NCBI RefSeq assembly: GCF_009914755.1
Contig: NC_060925.1
Strand: one strand, 5' to 3'
DNA: 64,000 bases
Source of the DNA: the human T2T-CHM13v2.0 reference genome, Homo sapiens
Part shown: one piece after another, positions 26,896 through 46,300 of the stretch
Layout: the number at the start of each line of letters is the position of its first letter
How positions within the stretch are numbered: position 1 is the first letter of the stretch
Position numbers and translations under genes: made by a program
The notes under the pieces: model-generated
Told to the model about the DNA's origin: nothing
The model's database searches: none
What the model saw: the letters and a program-made list of their open reading frames with translations, nothing else

Positions 26896-27380
26896 TTTAT
26901 TTAAAGATTAGGATTTATGGTTTATATGTGATTTCCAACTTAAATGGTAAATTCTGTAAGGGAATCCCCACCTCTACCATCTTCCCTAATGTTCCATGGA
27001 ACTTCTCCACCCAGGAGATACAGAGGTGATGGAGGAGGAAAAGCATCACACTGGAGAGAGGCTTCTCTTTTGCTTCACTGGATCATCCAGCCCTGCTCCT
27101 CTGTGGTTTTCAGAGCCCTGGTTGCTGCATGAGTGACAGCACCCAGAACTCTGATGCTGTGCTTAGTTGGAGGTGTGAAGCTTGTGATGGCTCAGGCAGG
27201 AGCGTTCTCCAGAGCTGAGGCTATGGCAGCCCCTAGAGCTGGGGCTCCATGGGAAGAGACTGCAGTGGGCACTGAAGACCATGTTTGGGTGGTCACTTTG
27301 CCCCCAAAGTCATTTGGGAGAGGCTTGAAACTCTTCCTCGTTTTACTTCCAGGACACCTTAGGGGAAGTTTAGTGACTCT
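26896..27380 (-). pseudogene. Highly decayed LCE pseudogene (LCE1/2/5-type C-terminus)
   Basis: Acceptor TTTTACTTTTTCTAG (AG at 27380-27379), then a 21-nt leader, then GTG-TCC-TGG-AAG-TAA-AAC-GAG-GAA-GAG-TTT-CAA-GCC-TCT-CCC-AAA-TGA, a degenerate [16 protein letters not shown]. After frameshifts it reads PSSRGCHSLSSGERSCLSHHKLHTSN*AQHQSSGCCHS. AATAAA is at 26901-26896. Confidence 0.8.
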
Positions 27381-27857
27381 AGAAAAAGTAAAAAGGGGAA
27401 TAATGGCATGTAATTGTATCAGTTTTAAAAATTGGCTATTTTCTTATTTACTTCAGAGAATGTGGCTTTGAATCCACAACTTAGGGAAAATTCCTGAGCA
27501 GATGAGAGTGGGAAATGGAAAGTTAACTTGGGTAAAAGGGTCTTCATCCAGTGAGGACTGACTATACCTTGGAGCTGTTTTCTTATTTTGTTTTGCAGGC
27601 AAGAAATGAGTGGTGGGATTGGGAGGGGTGGGAGTGATGAGTCTTGTTTAGGAGTCAGCTTCTTCCCTTCTGTAGCCCCAAGCCCTCTGCATCTCCATGG
27701 CAGGTGTCAGGAGTTATGAGGAGAGCAGGGATCCAAGAAACTCCAATATCCAAGATATTCATATATTTCTGCCTCAATCTTTCTGTAGGTCTTTAGCTCT
27801 TTATTTTTCATTTGTTATCATCATCCGTTATTTAAACAATTTATATTGAGATGATGG

Positions 27858-28653
27858 TGATACGAGAGGCGGGCAGGGAAGTGCTGGGTAGAGAAGAGTG
27901 GGGTCCCTGGTGAGGGCTCCACCCTCAGGCCTATGCCCATGGACCTAAGTGAGGACAGGCACTCCTGGTTTTGCACCCAAATGTTGCATTTTCTAAGCCC
28001 ACTCTGACCCACCATGCCCCACATCCTGGGCCCATAAAATCTTCAAGACCCTAGTGGGCATGGACACAAGTGGCTGGACGTGGAGAGGAGCAGAAGAGCA
28101 CACTGACTGATACCAGCAGACGCCAGCAGGCCATCAACAGCAGGACCTCATGGAATTCAGTGGGGGCAGTTGGAGGCCAGCTGGCCACTGGGTGGTCCGA
28201 CTCCAGCTGAAGCCTATCTTCCCACCCCATCCCCTTGCTGGCCCCCCCATCCATCTCACTGAGAGCTACTTCCACCACTCAATAAAACCTTGCAGTCATT
28301 CTCCAAGCCCACATGTAATCTGATTTTTCCAGTACACTAGAGCCTACAGAATATGGGATACAGAAAGCTCTCTGTCCTTGTGATAAGTCAGAGGGTCTAA
28401 CTGAGCTGATTAACACAAGCTGCCTGCAGACCGCAAAGCTGAAAGAGCACACTGTAACACATGCCTACTGGGGCTTTGGGAGCTGTAAACACTCAACCCT
28501 AGACACTGCCATGGGGTCACAGCCCAAAAATGCTCCCAGGACCTGCCCATTTGCATGCTCCCCCTAGCGGTTCGAGCAGCAGGACATCAAAGAAGCGAGT
28601 CACACCCCTGTTGCATGCCCTGCAAATGGGATAAGGGAACTCCTCCCATTTCA
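27858..28653 (+). mobile_element. Solo ERV1 LTR (LTR1-family-like), 796 bp
   Basis: Runs TGATACGAG...CATTTCA with a 4-bp TSD (ATGG) on both sides and an internal AATAAA at ~28281. Confidence 0.8.
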
Positions 28654-29536
28654 ATGGCACACTCTGTGCTGGGCAAGGCATATTCAAGAGTAAAGATACT
28701 ATCCCTACCCTTAGGCTGATGAGGTAGTGGGGCTGAGAGATAAGTAGGAAACTAAGTCTGAGCCAAGTGAGGGTGCTGAGATACACGTGTGTGGGAGTCC
28801 TCAGGCCTGAGGTCAGAGTTGTTGGAGGTTAGTCCCTTGTTGCTCTGCAGTGACTTGTAGTGAATGATGAATACAGATGGTGTCACCTGCTGTCACTTGG
28901 GATGGTTGACGGGGTGAGTAAGATGTGGATCCTGTGTCCGTCCAAGGACAGTAAACTCAGGCATGGCAACTAAGAGGAACTTGTGGACCCAAGAAGCATG
29001 AAGGGGGTGATGAGGAGGAAGAGATAATGGTGGGGTGAGGAAGGATGGGGCTGACAGAAACATTGGGACATCTACAATCTTGAGGACAAGATGATATGCT
29101 CATTCAGAGCATCTGGTTTGGAGACAGGAACTTCCTAGTTTAATCTTTGGCCACTTCTCCTAATAGCTGTGTCAAGGTAGAGATGCCCAAGGCAGAAAAA
29201 TCTATATGGAGACAAGATGATCCAGGGATGTCCCAGGTAAAACCAGAGACAGGGATAAGAAATCTAAAATGGCTGTGATGGTAATGTGTCACAGATTAAC
29301 ATACATTTAAGACATTATGTCAGGATCTTAGTGACTATAGTATTGATTCTAAGAGAGCCAGGAAAGAGAGTGATTCAAATGGCTGGGATGGCTAAGAGAG
29401 ATTAGTCCAACGATTAATGGTAATTAATGGGTGTGTTATAATGAGGTTGATGGGATAAACGTGAACACCTGACATAAAGTAGACTAAGTTTGCAGAGACA
29501 GACCTAAACTCTATACTATTTTCCATACTATTTATT

Positions 29537-29595
29537 TTATATATATATACACACACATATATATGTATACACACACACACACACACACACACACA
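29537..29595. repeat. Compound (TA)n/(CA)n microsatellite
   Basis: Seen directly in the sequence. Confidence 0.95.
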
Positions 29596-29637
29596 TTTCA
29601 TCCTGAATCATGATATATTAAAAATAAGTAAAAATGA

Positions 29638-29790
29638 GGCCAGGATTGGTGGCTCACATCTGTGATTCCTGTGCTTTGGGAGGCTGAGGTAGGAGGATCC
29701 CTTGAGTCTGGGAGTTTGAGGCCAGCCTGGGCAACACAGGAAGACCTCATCTCTACCAAAAAAAAAGGAAAAAAGAAAGTAAGAAAAATA
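29638..29790 (+). mobile_element. Alu monomer (FLAM/AluJ-type)
   Basis: A single ~120-bp Alu arm (GGCCAGGATTGGTGGCTCAC...GACCTCATCTCTAC) plus an A-rich tail. Confidence 0.88.
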
Positions 29791-32328
29791 TTTAAACTTC
29801 AAATATATGCTCAAATCGCAAGATTTTGATAAAATATTCTTATTTATTTTGGTTTAAAATGGTTGACTAGAAGCAGCTAGTGTGCACTGCTCTTATGGAG
29901 AGGATACAAAGCAGTGACTAAATACTAGCTCTTCAAGTGAATTGTCAAAGAGATCATATTGGGATTTACCAAGGAATTGACAGGACCCACAGAGAGCAGA
30001 GAGGAGCAAAGCTGGGCAGCCATTCATCTGAGACTGGCACAGAGCTGGGGGAAGCTCCCTAAAGCAGAGAAAGAGTGAGTGAGAGTTCCCGGGGACTCAC
30101 ACTTCTGCCATGAACCTTTGCAATACTAGGCATAGGAGAGCCCCTCTGACTCCTTGAGCCTCCAGACCAACACAGAGAGCCTGTGCAGAGGCACCAGTTA
30201 AGTCCACTTGGAGCCCCATAGGCCTTGTATCCCTAACAGCCAGTGCCAGCTGCTTTAGGCCAGCCAAAAGGGGGCCTGGGCTCTTTTGCACACCCCTGGG
30301 ATAACTGCTGCTGCTGCATGGCTGAGGAGTGGCCAGGATTCAGACTCCATCCCCTGCTGCTACTTAACAGATAAGGCCTGCATGCCTGGGCTCCCCGAGC
30401 AGTGGCCTCACCCCCACCTGAACAGTGCAGTTAGTCATGGTCCTATACTCCTCTGCAGCAAAACTCCCAGAGTAACAGACAAGGCTTGGCACTTTTGCAT
30501 ACCCCCAACCACAAAATCCAGTGGCAGCAATGGAGACTGGTGGCTATGGGGGCACATAGCATGCTGAAAATGGGTCCCCAGTCTCTTCCAGCTTGTAAGG
30601 TTTCTGATGAGTAGTCCACTGTTAGCCTGATGGGCTTCCCTTTGTACGTGATTTGACCTTTTTCTCTAGGAGCCTTTAAGTCTGACTATATGCCTGGGTG
30701 ATGTTCATTTGTATATGCATCACTTGGTGGGAGAGAAGTGTGAGCATGCCATGTGCCCCCATAGCCACCAGTCTCCATTGCCACCACGGAGAGGCCCTGC
30801 CCTCCCCAGTGAAAGGCCCACAGCACAGCCACCTGCCCTGCCTGAACATTTCAGCTACAGCCCAGAGCCCTTCTAAAAACTGAACCCTCACAGGCCTATA
30901 ATACTTCCTAAGGCTCTTACCACCCTAAGCATTCTGTCTGCCACTGCCTAAGAGTTTGGCCCATGACCCAGCCCAGCCCTTCCCATCACAGCCAACACCT
31001 GAACTGGGCTAGCCTGACCCTTGTCCAACCCCTTTAGGACTCATACGCACTGTCCAGGGGGCCATGTAGGAACTGGGGAACTCCCCACCCCATTACAACT
31101 CTGCTGGCACCTGACTACTTGCCTCATGGCCTGAAGTTGGGCTGACCTAACCAACCAACACCACCACAACCAGTACCCACTCACACAGCCCCGGTGATGT
31201 AGCCCCTCTACTTATAAGAAGTGGCTGTATTGCCTCATTAGAGAACAGGTGAGCAATAAAGCTATCTGTTTTAGGCTGAGTGACAACATTATGCTCTGAA
31301 AACACTCCCATGGAGTATCACAAAACATGCATTTCCCATGGCTGTCAACCACATTGTGGTCAAGAGACAGACTACAGTGTGCTTCTGAACTAGGAGTCAT
31401 GAGTTCTGGGTCAAGGGTATGATAGGGAAACAGATCAACTTCCTGCCTACCTAAGATGAGGAAGCAGTGCAGCTTCCTTGTCTCCCCACGGAGACTTCAG
31501 TGTGCTTCACCAGAAGTTCCTGTCAGCCACCCTTTTCAGGGCTTGTGCCTGTGCTTGCCATTGGAGTATTCATGGGCAAGCCAGGGACTCCAGTTCTGCC
31601 CAGTGGTGTGCCCCTCCCCCTGTGGAGCAGGAAGCTCAGGGCCCTGGGTGCTCCACTGTCCATCCTGTCACCTGAAATAACAAAGAGCCCTTCACAGTAA
31701 ACAAAAATTATACCCACCTGCTTGTGCTGCAGCTGGATCTTACCTGCAAGCCCTATCTGCTGGCCTGTAGGTTGAACTGCACAGCCCAATATAAAACCTA
31801 CTAACATAAGTGCACAGAGCTATAAAAACAAAGCCAAAAGACTTTTTCCAATATACTTTCCAGTCATACCCTAAAGGGAAAGAAAGAATATATAGGAAAA
31901 GAGAAAAAAAGTCTATTTTCATGAAAATAATTACAATAATTAGAAGTGCCAGCCTTTCTAGATGAGAACAAACTGGTATAGGATCTGGCACCATGAAAAA
32001 TCTGAATGTTGACACACCACCAAAGTATCACACTAGTTCTACAGCAATGGTCCCTAACCAAATGGAAAAACAGAAATGACAGATTAAGAATTCAAAACAT
32101 GGATTTCAAGGAAGTTCAACAATATCTAAGATGATGTTGAAAAACAACACAAAGAAAATTCTAAAGCAATGCAGGAAACAAAGGAAGAGATAAACATCTT
32201 AAAAATAAATCAATTGGAGGTAATGAAATGGAAAAACTCACTTAGGAATTTCAAAATAAAGTTGAAAGCTTTATCAACAGACTCAACCAAACAGAATAAA
32301 TAATTTAATAGCTTGAAGACTGGTCTTT

Positions 32329-38467
<6,139 letters not shown>

Positions 38468-39396
38468 AAACTAACCCACTCAGACTGTGTTAGTCTGAAT
38501 GAAGAATATGAAGAAAAAGAATTTAAGAAATTAACAAAGTTTTTGAGAAATATGGAATTTTGTAAAGTGATCAAACCTATGAATTATTGGCATTTCTGAG
38601 AGAGAAGGAGAAGGACTCAACAATTTGGAAAATATATATGAGGGATTAATTCAAGAAAATTTTCTTAATCTTGCTAGAGGGATAGACATCCAGATATAGG
38701 AAAACCAGAGAACACTTCGCAGATACTGTACAAAATGAACATCACCAAGGCATATAGCCACAGACTGTCAAAGGTCAATGCTAAAGAAAAAAATCTTAAA
38801 GCCAGTTAGAGAAAAAGGTCAAACCATGTACAAAGGGAAGCCCATCAGGCTAACAGAGGATTACTCATGAGAAACCTTACAAGCCAGAAGAAATTGGGGG
38901 CACATTTACAGCATTCCTAAAGGAAAGAAATTCCATGCAAGAATTTTATATCCCATCGAACTGAACTTCATAAGCAAAGGAGAAACGAAAACTTTTCCAA
39001 ACAAGCAATCACTAATTTGTTACCACTAGACCAGCCTTAAAAAAGATCCTTAAGAGATTTATAAACATAGAAACGAAAGAACAACATGTGCAACCACAAA
39101 ATCACATGTAAATACATAGTCCACAGTCCCTATACAGCAACCATGCAATGGAAACAACAAAGCCATCAGCCATCAACTTCACAAGAGGATTAAAACTTCA
39201 CATATCAATATTAACCTTGAATGTAAATGATCTAATGCCCCACATAAATAGCACAAAGCTGCAAATTGGAAAAAAAAAACAAGACCCATTTGTATACTGT
39301 CTTCAAGAGACTAATTTCATATGTAATGACACCTATAGTCTCAAAGTAAATGGGTTAGAGAAAGATCTATCACGTAAACTAAAAACAAAAAAGAAC

Positions 39397-39400
<4 letters not shown>

Positions 39401-39444
<44 letters not shown>
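39401..39444. repeat. (AT)22 microsatellite inside the old L1 ORF2
   Basis: Seen directly in the sequence. Confidence 0.95.
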
Positions 39445-39446
<2 letters not shown>

Positions 39447-42400
39447 GCATATCAGATAAAACAGACTTTAAATCAACAAGTAAAGAAGGGCAAAGAAGGG
39501 CACTACATAAACTATAGTTCAACATGAAGATTTAACTATCCTAGATATATATGCATCCAACATTGGAACACTTAAATTTATAAAACAAGTACTTCTAGAC
39601 CTATTAAAAGACTTAGATAGCCATACAATAATAGTGGGGGACTTCAATACCCCACTGACAGCATTAGACAGAGCATCAAGGTAGAAAACTAGCAATTCTG
39701 GACTTAAAATCAACATTTGACCAATTGGACCCAATAGACATCTACAGATCCCTCCACCCATCAACAACAGAATACATCTTCTTATTTGCGTGTAGAACAT
39801 ACTCTAGGATTGAATACATGCTTGGCCATAAAGCAAGTCTCAATATGTTCAAAATCATTAAAATTATGCCAATCATACTTTCTGATCATAGTGGAATAAA
39901 ATGGAAATCAATATAAAAAGATTTCTTAAAAACTACAACATGAGTTGGAAATTAAACAACTTGTTCCCAAATGACTTTTGGGTGAACAGTAAAATTAAAG
40001 CATAAGTCAAACAATTCTTTGAAATAAATGAAAACAGACACACAACATACCAAAATATCTGGCATGCAGCAAAAGCAGTGGTAAGAGGAAAGTTTATAGC
40101 ACTAAATGTCTACATAAAGAAGTTAGAAAGATCTCAAATTAACAATCTAACTTCATCCCTAAAGGAACCAGGAAGCAGGAAAAACTAGCCCCAAAGCTAG
40201 GAGAAGAAAATAAATACTTAAAATCAGAGCAAAATCAAATAGAAGAGACCTAAAAATTCATCCAAAGGATCAATAAAACCAAAAGCTTGTTGTTTGAAAG
40301 GATAAACAAGATCAATAGACTGCTAGCTAGATTAGCAAAGAAAGAAAAGTACAATTACAAATGACAAAGCTGACATTATGACCCAGCCCATAGAAAAATA
40401 AAAGATCCTCAGATACTATTATGACCACCTCTATGCACACAAGCTAGATAAACTAGAGAAAATGAATACATTCCTAGAAACACACAACCCCCTAAGACTG
40501 AATCAGGAACAAACCAAAACCCTGAACAGACCAATATTGAGTTCCAGAATTGAATCAATAACAAAAAAACTTACCAACCAAAATGAGCCCAGGACCAGAG
40601 GGATTCACAGCCAAATTATACTAAAGGTACAGAGAAGAGCTGGTACCAATCCCACTGAAACTATTACAAAAAAAACGAGGATGAGGGGCTCCTCTCAACC
40701 TCATTCTACAAACCCAGTATCATTTTGATACCAAAATCTGGAAAAGAGACAATGAAAAGGAAAACTATTGCAAATATCCCTGATGAAACAGATGCAAAAA
40801 TCCTTAACAAACAAACTGAATGCAGCAGTAGCTCAAAAAGCTAATGCACCATGATCAAGTTTGTAGGCTTTATTCCTGGAATGCAGAGTTGGTTCAACAA
40901 AAAGCAAATCAATAAATGTGATTCACCAGCTAAATGGAATTAAAAACAAAAACCATATGATAATCTCAATAGATACAGAAAAAACTTTTGATGTAATCCA
41001 TCATTGTTTCATAATAAAAATCCTCAACAAACTAGGTATTCAAGGAACATACCTCAAAATAATGAGAGCCGTCTATGACAAACCCACAGCCAACATCATA
41101 CTGAAGGGGCAAAAGCTGGAAACATCCCCTTAAGAACAGGAACAAGACATTAATTCTCACTCTTACCACACCTATTCAACATAGTGCTAGAAGTCCTAGT
41201 CAGTGCAATCAGCCAAGAGAAAGAATACAAGGCATCCAAATAGGAAAAGAGGATGCCAAATTCTCTCTGTTTGCTGAATGTAAAATAAAAGTTGAAATAA
41301 TATAATAAAATCATTATTCAAAAAATTATTAATAGGTATTTTAAAAACACTATTATTACATTAAACATGTCTGAGTATCCTGATACAGGGAAGTCTGTAG
41401 GTGTGGCCATCTTTTTTATTTGCTCACATACATTATAGCCAAGTAGGAAACAAAAGCACTTTCAAGACACTTGGGTGAATGGGGTTGTTCCCTGAGAATG
41501 AGACTGGGAAAGGACGAGGACTTTTCAACTTTCAAACAAACATTTCATGGTTGGAATAACCACCTATTCCTTGCCTCACTAAACTCTTACCTTGGGTGTG
41601 GAAGCAAGCAGATATTAGATGTCCTTTTTGTATCCACTAAGACAATGATATCCAATGTCAAAAGTTTGCCCATGATGGGTGCCTTCACTGGGTTTAGCTA
41701 CTCTTTACCAGCATCTGTCAAGTGCCCCAGAGTGGGAATCCAATTGAATATAGAGCCACCTTTGTCTAAATCTGCTGCCAAGCAAGGAAGCCAGAAGATG
41801 CCTCCAATGGGCCCCTGGAACATAAGCTCCCTGAGAGGGGACTTTGTCTTGTTTCAAACTGATCCAAGTACCTAGACCAGTGCCAAATAAGTATGTAGTG
41901 AATGAATAAATTTTTGAATGAATGAGGCTTGGCCTAGAAGTCCCCTGATGAGGACTGAAAAGTCTGTCTTCACACTTACTGAGACCTCACTTGTAGGAAT
42001 CAGCTTCCAGTGGCGGGTCACCACTGCCATAACTTCTGGCTCCCATGAACTGTACTAATGTCTCAACCCAAACTTTCTTAGTTGATTCTGGTGCCACCTT
42101 TCTACATCTTGGGGTAATTCACTGACAGCAGGAGTTCTGGTGGTACTTTGGAGCACAGATCTGACTCCACAGGCACAGCTAGGTCTCTGTGCCCAGGTCT
42201 AGGGATCCTTTTTTTTTTTTTTCATATTTCTTAAAACATTTTAGAGGAATTCAGGGTACCATGGTGGTCAGGAGCATGTGGTCAGTGAAACTGTCTGGGT
42301 TTGCACGGCAGCTTCTGGGAGACCTTGGGCACCCATTCTACATTGATTCCCCTCTGTAAAATGGGAGAAGGCTAGTATCTAACTCAAAGGACTGCAGTGA

Positions 42401-42857
42401 GGATTAAGTTATTTACTGTATGTCAAGCCACTGGTACATTATGAGTCCTATATAAATTATAGATCCTATGAATACATATCCAATTTGCAACTCCTGAAAT
42501 GATCTCATTTTTTCCCCTTTCCCTAAGTTCCTCTCAGTATATGCCCTTGCAAACACCTCCATTTCTCTCTTTGCACCTGTCACCTAATTAGCTTTCAAGG
42601 ATCCCTTCCTACCCCGTCAACACCCAGATCTTCCCTATAGAAATAATATGAATGTTTTCTCTGCAGCCGTGTGTCCTTCTGCAACCTCTTTCCAGTCCTA
42701 ACACATAAACTCCTCACGGTCTCCCTATGAATGGAGATAAGTGACATTTCTCATTCTTCTTGTCCTGTGAGGCACTCAGCCTGGGAGATAAGAAGGGGAA
42801 GAGCAATGGAGCAGCTTTGGGAGGGGCAAAATAGAAATGTAGGTGGAGAAGAGAAGC

Positions 42858-43349
42858 TTTATTTTTCACAGAGTGAGACATAAGTGCTGCTAAGCACTGA
42901 ACAGAACATGGGTGTGGAGACAACCATGAGGGACACCCAGGGAGACCGCTGGAGATCACTGACAACCCTCTTCAGGATGAACTCAGGAGCTCAGACCATG
43001 GGCAGGAGGTTAGGAGTGGGTACATCAGACTGAGGTTAATCCTGGGCACTTTGGTCTCTGGTTCCTTTAAAATTGCTCATCTCAATGTACTGCCAAGGTC
43101 AGCAGTAATTCTCTAGCAATGGCTGGAGCCCCTGGCAGGCTCACTCACAGCAGTAGAGGCTGTGGTGCCTGTGCCAGTAGAAAAGATGGGGCCTTTGATA
43201 GGTCAAGCAGCAGTGCCCCACTAAAGTTAAAGTGACCCCTGAACTGGGGCTGCAGGGAAAGGCTGGAGGTGGGTATGAGGCTTAGTACTGGGGTGTGCAC
43301 TTTGAAGGCTTTGGGGGTTATCACTGCTGCTGGTTTTGCTGGAGGGCAT
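42858..43349 (-). pseudogene. LCE2-like pseudogene relic (exon 2 plus 3' UTR)
   Basis: ATG at 43349-43347, then a frameshift, then QQNQQQ**PPKPSKCTPQY*ASYPPPAFPCSPSSG...HCCLTYQRPHLFYWHRHHSLYCCE, then (shifted) EPARGSSHC. It ends TGC TGA, with the TGA at 43101-43099. AATAAA at 42863-42858 sits in the same context as the LCE3-paralog signal. Confidence 0.87.
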
Positions 43350-46300
43350 CTCAGAAGACATCAATAGAATCAGATGTGCTTGTAATGCACAAACCTCTGT
43401 CAATATCTCTTCTGTGATGGGTGTCATAGACCCCATGCTCTCCTACTGAACTAAGAAATACACGGAAGAAATGAAAAGTTACTTGGAGTTAGTTTACCTT
43501 GGAAAAATGCGTTTTTCTCTGGTCTCCTACTAGAAAAGGATGCTGAGTCTTTTCTAACTGGGCCCCTCAGGTATCTTATCTCCATGTAATCACAGAGGAG
43601 AATAAGCCTGTTTGGGTAAACCTTCCTTGATGATGTCTGGTGAGATCAGTGCATCTCGCAGAACAAATGTAGGAAGAAGATGAGGGTGTGCTGAAAACCC
43701 ATTACCTTCACAGTCACAGGACACCTGAAACATCCTGAGAGGGTGCCCATTAACCCCACACTCTTCCTGGTGCCTCCATCCCAGACCCTCTGCTTCCTTC
43801 TCCCCTGATGGAAGCCTGGGCTTGTCTTCCTAGGTCTTCCAGCTCAGGTCCTGTCTCCAGCTAGACATCCATCTGATTTCATAGAAGCCAGAGAATGCTG
43901 ATTTTGAGAAGTCAGTGGACTGGGGAGCCCAGGACAGGAGCTCCTAGCATGTGAGGGGCAGCATGAGTGGGCTGCTGGGGGAGTTGACAGCACTAAGTAC
44001 CCCAGCCCAGCTTCAGGACTTATCCACCTTCCCTGGAACAGGATGGCATGTTTGACCACAAAGAGCCTGGTCCTCACTTGTGCATCTTCCACCCAGGCCT
44101 ACATGTGTCCTTAAAAGAGGCTGTGCCCTGTGCTTTGTGGTGAAAGGTAGAGTTCAATATGACATGTCACCTGACCTATAGAAATTAATTGTCTAATTGC
44201 ACAGACAAACAAGTAAATAGGGAGCCTGCTTCCATGAGAAAATTGCTATAATGTAAGTCACTATGCACAAAGTTTGCAGGTCTTTGTCCATATACTTCTT
44301 TCTAGCATGTTCCCTTAGGAAAACCAAACACCCAGATGTGGTGTTGGGGTGGTGACTTGCTGTTGGGGCGGTGACTGAGCTAAGGACGCTGGACATTCAG
44401 TATGGGCTGTGTGTAAAACAGATGGAAGCCTAAAGTCAGGGGAGGTGAGGGTCCCTGAAAGAGCCCCCGGGCAGGAGAGGAGGGGAGTCAAATGAGTACC
44501 CGATTGAAGGGCAAATGTAGAGAAGGAAAGTACAATAGTTGCAGTAATAAGAGTCACAACTGACGCATTATAAAAAAGCATGACCTTCCATCAAAATCCA
44601 AGGAATGCGTGCTCTTTATTTGAAGACGATGAAAACACTGAGGGAGGAGTCGTTCATCTGCTTGGACTCGGTAAGGAAGTTGTGCAAATGTGCATGATAA
44701 TGGATGGCCTTGATGAAGATGGCTTTGCTGTACGTGTTGCTGCTTATGAGGTTGATGGTAGTGCTGGGTGCATCTCTTGTAATGAAGCTGACCTGATGGT
44801 GTCTATGTTTGGGTATGCCGAATTGGTGCAAACTGAATGCTATTTCCTTGTTAATTTCATTTTAATTTTAAATGAATTTATCATTCAATTAATCTCTAAT
44901 ATTAAAAGACCTTTTGCTAGATATTTTTCAAGATAAATCACAGTCAGGTCTATAACCAAACTTTAGCCATATTAAAATTATAATTTTCAAAGAAAATTAA
45001 ATTATGTTCATTATCAGTGGGTGTAATTTTTCTCTTACTCTGCCTAAGAGTTTGCCCCTTTAAGTACATAGTGATGCCTGTAGGAGCATAAATGCACCGG
45101 GCTGTAAGGAGGACAGTGGCTCTGTGTGGATGGGTAGAGGGTGGGTGCAGATTTTGATATCCTCAGCAGCCTTTTCCTGCCTCCAGCCCATGGTACCTGC
45201 CTCTGGTTGAAAGGTATTTTCAGAATCATTTCCAGAACTACTCCTGAGTGGCCGTTTTTCTCATATTGTTTAGGGTTTCTTCAGTAGACCCTGGCCTGCA
45301 AAAAGGCACTTAAGAAAAATGGACCAAGTACTTTCTCATGGTACCTAGATTGTGAAGCTGAACAAAGCTGGGTGGCCACTTTTGCTTCTTAGGTGTAGAA
45401 TCTCTAGTATTTGGGATACAACAACAGAGGAGTAAGTTCTAAAGTTTCAAAACACCCCAGAACTGTAGTGGGGGCCCTCCTTCTGTCTCATGGAATGCAG
45501 CAGATGTGTGCATATGGGCCTCTCCACAGCCCCTCCCCCGATGCCTGGCTTGGGAGGCTCCATACTTGTCCTGGTGAGGATGCCCACCAAACTTTCTTCC
45601 CCTCCACGAGGAACTCCCACTTTTTGGCCCCTCTGTTTGTTATCAGAGCAGGAGCTCTGTAGGTTCAAGGCTGAGCAGGTGTCCTGGGATGACAGAGGCT
45701 TGGCTGGAGGACCACTGCCCTGCCACTTACCCAGAGCATGACATCAGCTCTCTGAGGGTAATCTCTACCAGGAGTACCACCCTTAGATCTCTGGCTTTCT
45801 AAGGTTCTGTGAGGTCAGGTGACAAGAGAACCTGGCCTGGCTGGATATATCTGGATAATTTCATGACTTAGTAGTGCCAATGGGAATGATGGGCACAGGT
45901 GGTATAGTGGCTCAGGTTTGGCTCTTTGGAGTGCATTTTAATCAGGTCATATAAAATACACGTAAATGACTATCTAAATAACAAAAAGATCTTTTTCATT
46001 CCCTGCAGAACACAGCTTCCTTTCAGTTTAGGACCTTCCCATCCCCAAACCATTAGCATGACCATGGCAAGCAGCTGAGACAATCTGGGTTCTCAATGTT
46101 ATCCTTGTGTCCCTAGTGGAGACACAGGTACCACAGAGAGATGTGAAGCCCTCCATGTGGTGGTTGGGAGTAAAAGGGGAATGGAAGAGAGCCTTACTAA
46201 TGGAAAAGATCCAGGAATCCCCCAAACTGTCCAAATATCTGTTCTTTAAATCTTCTGTAGGCCTACCATCTCTTATTTTTCTTTTTGTCCTTCCTCCCCT

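Noticed and set aside
44616-44831. HxHxH (HIT/HINT-like) motif in the unassigned ORF
   Set aside because: Motif spacing and nucleotide sequence do not fit HINT1 as I recall it, so I treat it as chance.
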